DNA of 55,310 bases, taken from positions 1 through 55,310 of the forward strand of contig JAUCBJ010009079.1 in NCBI GenBank assembly GCA_032718475.1, read 5' to 3'. The stretch is from Nemertoderma westbladi. Its lineage: Eukaryota; Animalia; Xenacoelomorpha. Below are positions 1-12,625 of the stretch, one piece after another. The notes under the pieces were generated by a model that saw only the letters and a program-made list of their open reading frames with translations, did no database searches and had not been told where the DNA came from. A program made the position numbers and the translations under genes. How positions within the stretch are numbered: position 1 is the stretch's first letter; each line of letters starts with the position of its first letter.

Positions 1-935
1 CTACTCTACCAGAGGAAAACCCAAGGCTCCTCTCTACTGGAGTCAACTCGAAGGCTCTACTCTACCAGAGGAAAACCCAAGGCTCCTCTCTACTGGAGTA
101 AACTCAAAGGCTCTACTCTACCAGAGGAAAACCCAAGGCTCATCTCTACCGGAGTCAACTCGAAGGCTCTACTCTACCAGAGGAAAACCCAAGGCTCCTC
201 TCTACTGGAGTCAACTCGAAGGCTCTACTCTACCAGAGGAAAACCCAAGGCTCCTCTCTACTGGAGTAAACTCAAAGGCTCTACTCTACCAGAGGAAAAC
301 CCAAGGCTCATCTCTACCGGAGTCAACTCGAAGGCTCTACTCTACCAGAGGAAAACCCAAGGCTCCTCTCTACTGGAGTCAACTCGAAGGCTCTACTCTA
401 CCAGAGGAAAACCCAAGGCTCCTCTCTACTGGAGTCAACTCAAAGGCTTTACTCTATCAGAGGAAAACCCAAGGCTCCTCTCTACTGGAGTCAACTCGAA
501 GGCTCTACTCTACAAGAGAAAAACCCAAGGCTCCTCTCTACTGGAGTCAACTCAAAGGCTCTAATCTACCAGAGGAAAACCCAAGGCTCCTCTCTACTGG
601 AGTCAACTCGAAGGCTCTACTCTACCAGAGGAAAACCCAAGGCTCCTCTCTACTGGAGTCAACTCAAAGGCTCTACTCTACCAGAGGAAAACCCAAGGCT
701 CCTCTCTACTGGAGTCAACACGAAGGCTCTACTCTACCAGAGGAAAACCCAGGGCTCATCTCTACCGGAGTCAACTCGAAGGCTCTACTCTACCAGAGGA
801 AAACCCAGGGCCCCTCTCCACTGGAGTCAACTCGAAGGCTCTACTCTACCAGAGAAAAACCCAAGGCTCCTCTCTACTGGAGTCAACTCGAAGGCTCTAC
901 TCTACCAGAGGAAAACCCAAGGCTCCTCTCTACCG
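1..935. repeat. 56-bp tandem satellite, about 16.5 copies, running off the left edge
   Basis: Unit CTACTCTACCAGAGGAAAACCCAAGGCTCCTCTCTACTGGAGTCAACTCGAAGGCT recurs at 1, 57, 113 and onward, with few substitutions. Confidence 0.97.
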
Positions 936-1388
936 AAACCGGAACCGGAGGCCAGGCAACCCAAACTGTGGTGTAACTGGTGCTATAAAACGTTTGCAGA
1001 AATATTGAAAGCATTAATAGGAATTCTGACTCACCCAGTAAGGATGATGGAGGTCAAACTGTTTCAAATTTCGGATGTTTTTATTAAGATTTGTACGAAA
1101 ATTAGGAGTGGGGGTGGGGGTGGGCTGGCCAGGGCACTGAATTAACGGGTATTAATGTGGATAATTAATGTGGATTAATAAGGCACTATGGCGGCAGAAC
1201 CAGGTGTTGGTTGTAACTTGATTACTGTATTCAATTTGTGACTTTGGGATATAAACTATTGTTCATCAGCTATATTGACTTCCTTGTTCTTTGGCGTTAT
1301 GTATTCAACTATTTAAATTAAGTATAGTTTACTTTGTTTCATTAATTATTGTTAATTAGTTTCACTTATTAATCATTTTATTACCAAC

Positions 1389-2333
1389 ATGAATTTGGTG
1401 GAGATAGCTAGTTTGTTAGCCGAGACATTGATCTTATTCATTAAGATCATTATCATATACATTGAGAGCGCAATCAAACACTTCTTCCGCGGTGAACCTG
1501 CCGATGTCACCGGTAAGGTGATCGTTATAACCGGAGCCGGCAGCGGCATAGGCCGTTTGGTGGCGTTGCGTCTAGCGAAACTACGAGCTAGGCTGGTCGT
1601 ACTCGATGTGAACGAAACGCCAGCCCAAGAGACCGCGGAACTCATACGGGAAGCGGGCGGGGAGGCCAGCGTGTATGTCTGCGATGTGACCGACAGAGAA
1701 ACCGTTTATAAAGTAGCTGAAAGCATTAGGGATGAGTTTGGGGCTGTCGATGTGTTGATAAACAACGCCGGAATCGCACAGAGTCGACGCATAACAGATC
1801 TAGACGATAAAATGGCTGTTAAAACCATGGAAGTAAACGTGATGGCCCATTTCTGGACCATAAAAGCTTTCCTACCCTCTATGATTAAACACAAATCGGG
1901 TCATATTGTTACAATAGCGAGCGTCGCTGGATTATTCCCAACGTGCTTCCTCTCGGACTACGTTGCCAGTAAGTTCGCCGCGGTCGGGTTCCATCAGTGC
2001 TTACTGTTGGAATTGTATGAACAGGGTCTCCACGATTCGATTAAGACAACCCTCGTCTGCCCGTATTTCATCAACACGGGGATGTTCGCAGGGTCTGTTG
2101 GGGCCACTCGGTTCCCCATACTGTTTGACTGGTTAACTCAGGAATACGTCGCCGATAAGATATCCCAAGGGATTCTCCACAACTACGCCGTCGTTTTACT
2201 GCCCAGGGTCACCGGTAACCTCTGTCTGCTGCTCAACATTGTAGTTCCGTTGAAAGCGCAGCTGCTTATGAGTAGTTTCCTTGGACTCTTAACTCCAGTG
2301 CGTGGGTTTAAAGGAAGGGCCGCTAATGAATAA
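1389..2333 (+). CDS. Short-chain dehydrogenase/reductase, SDR16C-like (retinol dehydrogenase / 17-beta-HSD11-like), single exon, 314 aa
   Basis: N-terminal hydrophobic anchor, TGAGSGIG nucleotide-binding motif, NNAG, catalytic S and YVASK (YxxxK), CPYFINTGMF motif typical of SDR16C. The ORF is uninterrupted. Confidence 0.93.
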   Translation: MNLVEIASLLAETLILFIKIIIIYIESAIKHFFRGEPADVTGKVIVITGAGSGIGRLVALRLAKLRARLVVLDVNETPAQETAELIREAGGEASVYVCDVTDRETVYKVAESIRDEFGAVDVLINNAGIAQSRRITDLDDKMAVKTMEVNVMAHFWTIKAFLPSMIKHKSGHIVTIASVAGLFPTCFLSDYVASKFAAVGFHQCLLLELYEQGLHDSIKTTLVCPYFINTGMFAGSVGATRFPILFDWLTQEYVADKISQGILHNYAVVLLPRVTGNLCLLLNIVVPLKAQLLMSSFLGLLTPVRGFKGRAANE

Positions 2334-2459
2334 ATCATTATTATTATTGTGTCGGTGATTCTTGCTGTTGTTAACATTCCCACCTAATTTTATAGCAACT
2401 CGGAAATTAATTCTAACTGATTTAGAAATAATAACATATATTTATTCAAGTCAAATAAT

Positions 2460-3164
2460 CTAGCACTTTATCAGATTACCGTTTTTAAATCTGAGCGCAA
2501 ATGGGGGCGGCAACTGTAATCTTATCAAGTGGTACTGTTTATACGACTTGGAGACTAGGAGAGTATTTTAATACGAAAATTTATATATTATTTATTTACG
2601 GCGAAAATGCGGTAAACTAGTTGTTATATTATTAATCCGAAATTTGGAAATCTCCAAAAGTAAGCATATAGAATAAAGAGTAGAGTAATAATAACCTCGA
2701 ATAATTATTTGTGGTTAACACAAGTATAATAAAAAACGAATGTATCTAAAGATATAGTGGAGATAATTTTTATTCCAAATATAAAATTTGAATTCAGTTT
2801 AGAATAGACTTGATGCTTAAATTGTAAACGGGGAACTGGTTCATTGACCCTAGATCAGATCCTAAGTTATGACACCCGTAGCGTAAAGTTGTATAGGACG
2901 TTCACTTACTGAGTTTGTAATATTTAAATTTTTGAATAATATAAATTTAGTTATGTTAAATTACGTTGTTTACGGTAGTGGGGAGCTCTTGGTTAATTAT
3001 ATGTACTTGATTATTGTTTGTCCCATGATTTGGTTCTATAATTATGTATTAAAATGAATATATTTATTGCATAATTTATTTATTATTAATTTATTGCGAA
3101 CATTCTGGTATTAAAATCTGAGCGCGAATGGGAACGGCAACTGTAATATTAACAAGAGTGCTAG
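2460..3164. mobile_element. Possible decayed MITE-like element
   Basis: Imperfect terminal inverted repeats CTAGCACT...AGTGCTAG, plus a ~45-bp motif (AAATCTGAGCGC...CGGCAACTGTAAT) present near both ends. Confidence 0.3.
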
Positions 3165-3235
3165 AGTGTCTTCATGACAAATCCGATGTTCTTTTATATA
3201 GATGCGCAGATGATGTCGGTGTTATATTCCATTGC

Positions 3236-3602
3236 CAGACCTTCCGCCGACCTTGTATGTCTGCATGGCTAGCCGTTGGTTGATTTACCTTCCCCGACCT
3301 TGTCTGCATGTCTAGCCGTTGGTTGATTACCTTCCCCGACCTTGTCTGCATGACTAGCCGTTGGTTGAATACCTTCCCCGACCTTGTCTGTCTGCATGGC
3401 TAGCCGTTGGTTGATTACCTTCCACCAACCTTGTCTGCATGGCTAGCCGTTGGTTGATTACCTTCCCCGACCTTGTCTGCATGGCTAGCCGTTGGTTGAT
3501 TACCTTCCCCGACCTTGTCTGCATGGCTAGCCGTTGGTTGATTACCTTCCGCCAACCTTGTTTGCATGGCTAGCCGTTGGTTGAAAACCTTCCGCCGACC
3601 TT
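3236..3602. repeat. 42-bp minisatellite, left block
   Basis: Unit CTTGTCTGCATGGCTAGCCGTTGGTTGATTACCTTCCCCGAC, about 8-9 copies; same repeat as 7201-8542. Confidence 0.95.
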
Positions 3603-3825
3603 AACCGAAGTTAATTATATCTGTAACCCGCAAAATATTTTTGTTGCACTTATGATAAATATGCTGTTGGTTACAACATTGACCAGCTTTTTATTTCCTA
3701 CTAGTTCGACATTATTAACTGTAACTGGTTCACGTTATATGCGTTTAATCAACATAAAGGCCCCCCTAACAAAATTAATGTCAGTAATTAAATTAACATC
3801 GAAATGTTTTTATTTTAGTGCGTAA

Positions 3826-6800
3826 ATATATAGTCACTCAATTAGTACTGTACTGATTATTGGTATTACTATAAATAGTACCCTGGCATTATCTGGTGAC
3901 ATTCATCCCAATCCCGGACCTGAACTTCAAACTGACGATATAAATATTAATTTAAGTTCTTATATCCGTTCAAACAGCAACAATTTTAATTTTATCCAAA
4001 TTAATGCCAGGAGTCTGTTTAAAAATATAGATGAGATACGGAGTTTGATAGGCGGTTCAAAAAATTGTGTGTTGTCTGTAACAGAAACATGGCTAAAAAG
4101 AAGAATTAGTGATAAAGCCATACTCATTCCTGGGTACACGATTTACAGACAGGATAGGCGAAGAAGGAAAGGTGGTGGAGTATTAATTTATATTCCACAG
4201 CATTTAAACAGTAGAGTTAGGGCGGATATAAAATGTAATGGGGTTCTAGAATCTATCTGGGTTGAAATTGACGATATTTTAGTCTGCACTATATATCGTC
4301 CACCCAAAGCAAAATCAAATACTAACTTTTTCAAATGTTTCTCGGAAGAAATTGAAAATGCCTCAATTTTGGAACCCAAAAAGAAATTAATTATTCAGGG
4401 GGATCTTAATATAGACATCCTGGGACAAACTGGGGCCAATAACGCCAGACTGTCATCTCTTAATGACCTATTAAATATGTATTCTGTGTATCTTACAAAT
4501 ACAACAAAACCGACACGAACAAACAACAAAACATCAACTCTTTTAGACGTAGTAATAACCAACATAGAAAATAATTATATTACACAGAGTAGCGTATTTT
4601 TATGTGAATTTTCAGATCACGACTATACAGTAACCACAATAACTCACAAATTTAGCCAAAAGCTAAAATCGCCAAATAAGGAATGGATAGAATATAGATA
4701 TTTTTCTAAGTTTAATAAAACAAATTTCTTAAACGAGATATCAGGTATTGTTTGGAATGATATTTATATGGAGAATGATATCGATAAGCAATATGATATT
4801 TTTGAACGGCATATAGAGGAAATACTAAATAAACATGCTCCTATAAAACGAAAATTGGTTACAGCAGACAGATCAAAATTATCAGATAACTGGTCAACGG
4901 ATGAATGAATTACGGTCAAAAAAGTTTAAACAATTTGCAATTTGGCGCAGAACAAAATCTGATAACGATTATAATGATTATAAGTTATTGCGAAATAAAT
5001 TTAATAATCTCAACCGGAAACTAAAAAATGAGTATGTAAAAGAAAAATACTTAAGTGCTAAAGACAGCAAATCGAGATGGAAAGTGATCAGTAAGATTAT
5101 AAACAATAAAATTAAAAGTGCTTCAATCAATTGTATTAAATACAGGGGAACCTTGGTAACAAGCGAAAAACAGGTGTCTAATGCTATGAATGAAGCATTT
5201 TTAAGCTTGGGAAACTTTTTTAATTGCACGCCGAATGCCATTAGTACTTACACCATTCCAGAAGGTGCAAAAGAAAACCGAATACAGTTTTCATTTAAAT
5301 GTGTAGGTATATTAGAGGTCAGTAAAATTTTAGATAATCTAAATGGTGATAAATCATCTGGCCCTTGCTAAGGATATTAGGCCGTTTATTACAGAACCTT
5401 TGAATATAATAATAAATCAATGTTTAACAAAATCTGTTTTTCCAAATAAATTGAAATTATCTAATATTACCCCTATCTATAAAAAAGGTGATTCATGTGA
5501 TTCGGTAAACTACAGCCCAGTGGCAATAACCTCACCATTTGCCAAAGTCTTGGAAAAAATAATGTGTTCACAGATATTACTGTATGTAAAACATAATAGG
5601 CTTTTGTATCCAAAGCAATTTGGCTTTCGCAAAGGTTTTTCTACGGTGGATGCAGTTACATTTTTAACTGAAAATTGGCGGGAGCATTTGAATCAGAATA
5701 AATACATTGCTGCAGCATTTTTGGATCTGAGCAAAGCATTTAACTAAATAAATCATAATATTTTAAATGCCAGACTACAATATTTAGGCTTCCACCCCAC
5801 CGCACTAAACCTGATTAAAAATTACCTCTCAAGCAGGAAGCAGCGTGTAAAAATAGATAATACCTTTTCGGACTGGCTAACGGAAACAAAAGGCGTACCC
5901 CAAGGGACAGTATTAGGTCCGCTACTTTTTACCCTATATACAAATAATATTCCGGAACTAATGAAAAATGAGCAAATAATACAATACGCTGATGATACAG
6001 TAATTTATGTAATAGACTCAGACCCAGAACATGCAGCAAAATTGTTGGAGTCCCGTGTTATTCAGATTCAAAAAATATTTAATGATGCACAATTAAAACT
6101 GAATCCAGATAAAACTGAATTTCTCCTATTGTCACCTAAACAAATTGGCCACCAACTTAGGGATGAAATCTCCACAATAAAACTAAATGTTGGTGGCAGT
6201 GAATCTATACCTCAGTCAAAATCAGTAAAATATCTTGGAGTAATCATTGACAGTGAACTAAATTGGGACGATTATATTCAAAAAATAATTCAGAAAATGC
6301 ACTTAGTATTTCTTGTTTACGTTCTATAAAAGGCCAATTACCAAATAAAACGAAATTGCAATTATACAAAACACTTACGATGCCATATCACAACTATTGC
6401 TGTCAACTACTTGTGTCACTGCACGACAAATATGGATCCAAGGAGTTGTTGTACAAAATTGAGAAAGTGCAAAATTATGCATTGCGCACTATTTTTGGTA
6501 AGAAAATCAGAGATAACAGCGGCACGGAGTTAAGACAAATTCCGGGAAATTCCGTTACTATCAGCAGTCAGGGAGTATTTCACCCTTGTTTATTTTTATA
6601 AGTATATACACGGATTGACTGAGGCATTTAAAATTCTAAATCTGCCATTTCTTCCAAGACAAAATGTGAAAATGAACACCAGGACGGGTAATATCATTAT
6701 TCCAAAAACAAATAACAGGTTTGGCCACAATAGCGTAATAGTGAAATCAATAAAATTATGGAATACTTTAGACATAGAAGTTGTAAAATTACCAAATCTT

Positions 6801-6971
6801 TTAACTTTTAAGCGGAAATTAAAAAATATATTCTTAAATAAATACAGCCGAGAGGCAGTAAGCTTTAGGCTTTTGATTGCCCACCAGATGAGGGGGGGGG
6901 GGGGGGGGGGTGGTGGTGTAGCGGGAGCTGCATCACTTGGGGGGGGGGGTCTAACTGTGCTTCTACTGTAA
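3826..6971 (+). pseudogene. LINE ORF2 (APE endonuclease plus reverse transcriptase) broken by stops and frameshifts
   Basis: APE motifs NARSL, ETWL, GDLN, SDH; RT motifs QFGFR, FLDLSKAF, GVPQGTVLGPLLF, YADD, KYLGV, spread over several reading frames. Confidence 0.92.
3883..3921 (+). other. 2A-like (StopGo) peptide motif LALSGDIHPNPGP, in frame upstream of the APE domain
   Basis: CTG GCA TTA TCT GGT GAC ATT CAT CCC AAT CCC GGA CCT, same frame as the ORF at 4045. Matches D(V/I)ExNPGP except H for E. Confidence 0.8.
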
Positions 6972-7200
6972 TACATTAGATATTACTAATTCATTTATGT
7001 GTATGTATTGTAGTTTAGTATACATAGGTACTTACTGTACGTACATACATTACATACATAGGTATAACCTAGTTGTACCTGCACACCGACGCTTGTTGAC
7101 TTAATTATCAGTTTATGTGTATTCATTTACTGCCTGGTGCAATTTTAATATTTCATCAGTTTTAGTCAAAAAAAGATCAAATTATTATTATTATTATTAT

Positions 7201-8542
7201 TGTCTGCAGGCTAGCCGTTGGTTGAATACCTTCCACCAACCTTGTCTGCATGGCTAGCCGTTGGTTGATTACTTTCCGTCAACATTGTCTGCATGGCTAG
7301 CCGTTGGTTGAAAACCTTCCGCCGACCTTGTCTGCATGGCTAGCCGTTGGTTGATTTACCTTCCCCGACCTTGTCTGCATGGCTAGCCGTTGGTTGATTA
7401 CCTTCCCCGACCTTGTCTACATGGCTAGCCGTTGGTTGATTACCTTCCCCGACCTTGTCTGCATGGCTAGCCGTTGGTTGATTACCTTCCCCGACCTTGT
7501 CTGCATGGCTAGCCGTTGGTTGAAAACCTTCCGCCGACCTTGTCTGCATGGCTAGCCGTTGGTTGAATACCTTCCGCCGACCTTGTCTGCATGGCTAGCC
7601 GTTGGTTGATTACCTTCCCCGACCTTGTCTGCATGACTAGCCGTGGGTTGATTACCTTCCCCGACCTTGTCTGCATGGCTAGCCGTTGGTTGATTACCTT
7701 CCCCGACCTTGTCTACATGGCTAGCCGTTGGTTGATTACCTTCCCCGACCTTGTCTGCATGGCTAGCCGTTGGTTGATTACCTTCCCCGACCTTGTCTGC
7801 ATGACTAGCCGTGGGTTGATTACCTTCCCCGACCTTGTCTGCATGGCTAGCCGTTGGTTGATTACCTTCCCCGACCTTGTCTACATGGCTAGCCGTTGGT
7901 TGATTACCTTCCGCGACCTTGTCTGCATGACTAGCCGTTGGTTGATTACCTTCCCCGACCTTGTCTGTTTGCATGGCTAGCCGTTGGTTGATTACCTTCC
8001 ACCAACCTTGTCTGCATGGCTAGCCGTTGGTTGAAAACCTTCCGCCGACCTTGTCTGCATGGCTAGCCGTTGGTTGAAAACCTTCCGCCGACCCTGTCTG
8101 CATGACTAGCCGTTGGTTGATTACCTTCCCCAACCTTGTCTGCATGACTAGCCGTTGGTTGATTACCTTCCCCGACCTTGTCTGTCTGCATGGCTAGCCG
8201 TTGGTTGATTACCTTACACCGACCTTGTCTGCATGGCTAGCCGTTGGTTGATTACCTTCCGTCAACATTGTCTGCATGGCTAGCCGTTGGTTGAAAACCT
8301 TCCGCCGACCTTGTCTGCATGGCTAGCCGTTGGTTGATTACCTTCCCCGACCTTGTCTGCATGGCTAGCCGTTGGTTGATTACCTTCCGCTAACCTTGTC
8401 TGCATGGCTAGCCGTTGGTTGATTACCTTCCCCGACCTTGTCTGCATGACTAGCCGTTGGTTGATTACCTTCCCCGACCTTGTCTGCATGACTAGCCGTT
8501 GGTTGATTACCTTCCCCGACCTTGTCTGTCTGCATGGCTAGC
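7201..8542. repeat. 42-bp minisatellite, right block (about 32 copies)
   Basis: Same 42-bp unit; it produces the spurious 14-aa-repeat ORFs in the ORF track. Confidence 0.97.
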
Positions 8543-10257
8543 TGTTGTGTTCTCCAGCAAAACAATTCACTGTTTTTTATATTATCTCAAATAAACAACC
8601 CCGCGGGCAAAACTGGTTCTCGAAGAGTTGCCGAGACTAAATTAAGAACGCTGCTATCGCAGGTATGGAATGGGTTCTTATGGTGGGTGCTCCGGGTCCA
8701 CCTAATCGTTTGTTATGTACTGTTTGCTAATGCCAATTTTATTCCAGTATCTAGTAGAATAGTATTCTAAATTTCGGGCGAAAATAATTTTATATAATTT
8801 CGAAGTGCAACTTTTGTATCTTGAGTGATAATAGGGAACTTTATATCCGACAATTGTCGATAATACGTAAAATAGAATAAAATCAAACATAGTTGGCTAA
8901 ATAACTGCATTTATCCAAATAAATAACAGTCTAATTTCCGTTAAACAATATATCGAAGGAAAGTAATAAATTTAAACTTACCGCTGTCAATCGTCTAAAT
9001 AAATAAGATAAAGAGTATGAAACAAATTAAGTTTTTCTGAACTCTCTAGCGCTTATTCTTACAATATTTTAGCAGTATCAAGTATAACTTTAACTTATCT
9101 AATACTTTATTTGCAGCAAAATATCTAAACAAAGTAATATTTCTGCAACAATTTTATTTCATTAAAATTTTATATTGTATTCTATTATATTCTATTCTAT
9201 TATATTCTATTCTATTATATTCTATTATATTCTATTCTATTATATTCTATTCTATTATATTCTTTTCTAGTACAGTAATAACGATATAAAGGAGCAACCC
9301 GGCCTATTTAGGGTAGTTTCTAATCACGAAGCGCCTATAAATCTAATGCACTTCCCTATAATAGCCATAGCGGTCCTCTACTCCAGCAATTATACAAGGT
9401 CAAGGTCACTTCGCTACTCTGTGTTGTGTTTCGGTCAAGATACAAAGTTACAACTATTGTTACTTTTCCATTCGTCGTAACGCAACGCCATCCCGTGTCT
9501 GTACTTGGCTGTCCGATTTATTTCTCCATATCTCGATATTCCAAATAGATGACCCAAGAGAATGAAAACGCAATGGAGTTTAATCTACTAAATTCTAATT
9601 ATAATGTAGCTCAATGCATTTTAAGTTTTAAATCTAAGTTAACCGGTAAAGGTGGCTCATCCGTTGGTAAAAGTGGGCAAAATTATTATGGAGCAATCCA
9701 TACAAATAGTTAACAGGCGATGATTCACAAATCCTACAATTGGCCAATGAAATCACCGCGGATGAATATTCAACTGTAGTACGTCTTAAATAAGTAGTTA
9801 ATGAAAATTATACACCGATTTAATTTGACAATATGATCCCAATGCACAATTTTTACTTAACACGAAAAAAGAGAATATATAATTAAAATTTAATAATTAA
9901 CAATAAATAACATAACAGCCCCATTGAAATACATTATTAATTTTATCAGCAAAAGTCTTGAAAATCATAAGCAACCTGTCAATCCTAAGAGAAACACAAA
10001 TAAATCATTGTACATAAGACGTGTGTTAGATTCTGCCACAAGCATCTTTATATAAATCAAAGGCGGTAAATAAAATCCCCTGGTGGTCTGACATTTAGTG
10101 CGATATTATTTTCATAGACTAGAGAATGAATGTATGGTAGAATAGACATACCGGAACTTGCTAGATCTACAAACCTTTCAATGGTGGATTAAATTCGAAA
10201 TTACGAAATTATTTTGTATACATATAAAATAACGCAATGTACCTAAAGTCGAATACA
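8543..10257 (-). repeat. 3' LTR of BEL-A (1715 bp)
   Basis: TGTTGTG...GAATACA; matches the other LTR apart from a few SNPs, small indels and an expanded TATTC/TATTA microsatellite (~9170-9270). Confidence 0.9.
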
Positions 10258-10264
10258 CCGCTCC
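10258..10264 (-). other. Putative short polypurine tract of BEL-A
   Basis: Minus strand reads GGAGCGG directly before TGTATTC, the start of the 3' LTR. Confidence 0.5.
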
Positions 10265-10830
10265 AATACGAATAGTCCAGTGCTAGTCGTATTCCACACC
10301 GTGTAAACGTACAATGAGCTACTATTAGATATAAAATACAATACTAATATATATATCAACATATTCAAATTATTATACAAAATATTCGGAAATTTGAAAT
10401 TTTTTAAGAATTCAGAAAATTCTGTAACAAATAATATTTCCAATATATTCTGCAAATAGGGATCGAACCAGGTTCTTCCATATGTAATAATTTGTTGCAA
10501 AGCCCCATTGCCACAGATGCAACTGATAAACAAACCTCGTGAAAGTATCTGCCCATCTTGGTAAAATTTAGTACAGTGTTTTCCAACATAATAATGAAAT
10601 ATACAAATTTCCGAATATAATGTACATTAAATTTAACCATGCTATCAAATATAATGAGTTTATACTAACTAATAATAAGGTATTTATGCATATCGCAAAT
10701 TCTAATATTATGATATGTTTCATAAACATATCTCTAATTTCAACAAATTGCACTCATAACCATTATGAACGTTCAAATAAGTAACATATTTCTATAAACT
10801 AACTAAACGGTTTATGAGTTATAATAAATA

Positions 10831-10898
10831 CAAGCTCGTGAGGGCTTCGCGCAGCACGAGACTTCACATGCACCGCTCATTTCGTGGCTCGCCCCACA
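10831..10898 (-). mobile_element. Miniature (~68 bp) termini-only relative of the element at 33391-34762
   Basis: Minus strand GTGGGGCGAGCCACGAA...AAGTCTCGTGCTGCGCGAAG matches both ends of the larger element. Confidence 0.55.
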
Positions 10899-12182
10899 CT
10901 ATTATTTTCTAATATAAAATAATGTAATTATATAAAATACATGCACAATATACGTAAAGAAAACATGTAATACTTCGAAATTTCCGAAATATGGCACATC
11001 TTCCAACTGTTAGCAGATATATATATAGTGTATAAACTATGGTATAAACTATATATACATATGCACATAGATATAATTCACTGGTGTTAACAATTACGCG
11101 TAAGGTTGTGAATTATAATGGCCTAACCATAGGTAATGGATGGTAGCGCACTTTTAAAAACAAAACACATTGCCATAGCGACGCGTAGCAATGTGAGTGG
11201 GAAAAGTAGCACCCTTCCCCGCGTAATAGATGATTATACAGTTAATCCTTTAGAATCGCAACAAGCAGACCCGATCTGCCTGCTTTCATCATGTGGTTGG
11301 TTTAGAATATAATACGGGAAATCGTACCGTCTTCTTCAGATCGACTGGTTCTGTAAAATCTCGCCTTAATCCCACTTTGTGTCAGATACACCTGTCCCCT
11401 GAACGATATCATCCCTACCTGTTGGTAGCTCCCAAAATTACCAAATTACCTTGCCGGTAATTTGTGACGTCCTCGTCGCCCTGACCCCTCTTTGCGACCA
11501 CGTCAACGTTCCACTTTTTCAAATGCGACTAACATGTAACGTCAATAAGATTGCTTTGGTATCAATATATTTCTCGAATTATCAAAATCTGTGCGTAACC
11601 TTCATCGTCTATAAATTGTACCTATGAACTCAGAAGTTGCATAAGATATATTAGATGATTATCCATTATTCTTTATTTCTGTTTGATTACTCACAGAGTC
11701 TTGACCTTTTTTGTAACATGCTATATGTAGACTACGCTTAGATTCTTAAGGTCCATGTATTATTATAGGTGCTTACTAGATAATATTAAATTTAATAATT
11801 TCAATAAATTCGAGTCAAATATAGCGCTAGCACAATAGAGATTAAAATTAATTGTGATAAAATCACTTTTGATTTTTCGCAATCTAAGCGGCAATATAAT
11901 AACGAAAGTAAAACCAATCTGATTTTGAGATCCGTGCGTCTAACAATAGACTCTCGCCGATAACCAATGCTCTCTCTCACTCTCTCTCACCAATCAGCTA
12001 CGCTGCCATTATTATTGGATCCATGAGACTCTATTTTTCATAGTAAGCTAGGCTATGACATCTCACATTTCCATCCTTGTTTTATCCTAAATTCAATCTT
12101 TTATAATTTTTAAATTTAAAAATGTGTATACCAGCACACTAAATAAGCGACATTCTAATCACAATCCGCTCCTATGTACATC

Positions 12183-12537
12183 AATGTGTAACATGATTAT
12201 TGATAGTAACAATGTGTTGGCAAGCTGTATTTTTCGAGGTGTTTGTTATTATAGATTTATTATAGGAAGGGATCTAGGGGTCTTTACCTCGAATGATAAG
12301 TTTATTTTACCGAAAATAACTTATCTTTTATTGGCGCAATTGTAGGACTAATCCAATCACATGCGTACTTTTTAACCGGGTAGTGTACACTACCCGGTTA
12401 AAAAGTACGCATGTGATTGGATTAGTCCTACAATTGCGCCAATAAAAGATAAGTTATTTTCGGTAAAATAAACTTATCATTCGAGGTAAAGACCCCTAGA
12501 TCCCTTCCTATAATAAATCTATAATGTGTAACATGAT
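12183..12537. mobile_element. TSD-flanked foldback insertion containing a perfect 278-bp palindrome (12248-12525)
   Basis: 139-bp arms with no loop, centred on GTGT|ACAC; 15-bp direct repeat AATGTGTAACATGAT at 12183 and 12523. Confidence 0.75.
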
Positions 12538-12625
12538 GAACATACACACCAAAGAATGCGCTAAACATAATTTACATAAATTATAATAAATAAAATATAG
12601 TAAACCGATTACTAAAATATAAAGT

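Larger units (their letters stand above)
3603..7201 (+). mobile_element. 5'-truncated non-LTR retrotransposon (CR1/L2/Crack group) inserted in the 42-bp minisatellite
   Basis: APE and RT remnants; (TTA)n tail ending at ~7201; the minisatellite phase continues across the insertion (CCGACCTT | GTCTGCA). Confidence 0.9.

Noticed and set aside
7340-8565. Repeat-protein ORFs (HADKVGEGNQPTAS)n
   Set aside because: Artefact of a 42-bp unit; frames break at indels and the array is split by a LINE.
10455-10480. tRNA gene suggested by a B-box (GGTTCGATCC, minus strand)
   Set aside because: No cloverleaf or convincing A-box.
11210-11220. Alternative polypurine tract implying a 2.7-kb LTR
   Set aside because: LTR identity stops at about 10257/22912, where TGT...ACA symmetry and a purine tract already fit.
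12381-12410. CACTA or Tc1 termini joined at TA in the palindrome centre
   Set aside because: The resemblance is short; the 15-bp direct repeat plus tail fits a retro-type foldback better, though this is not excluded.
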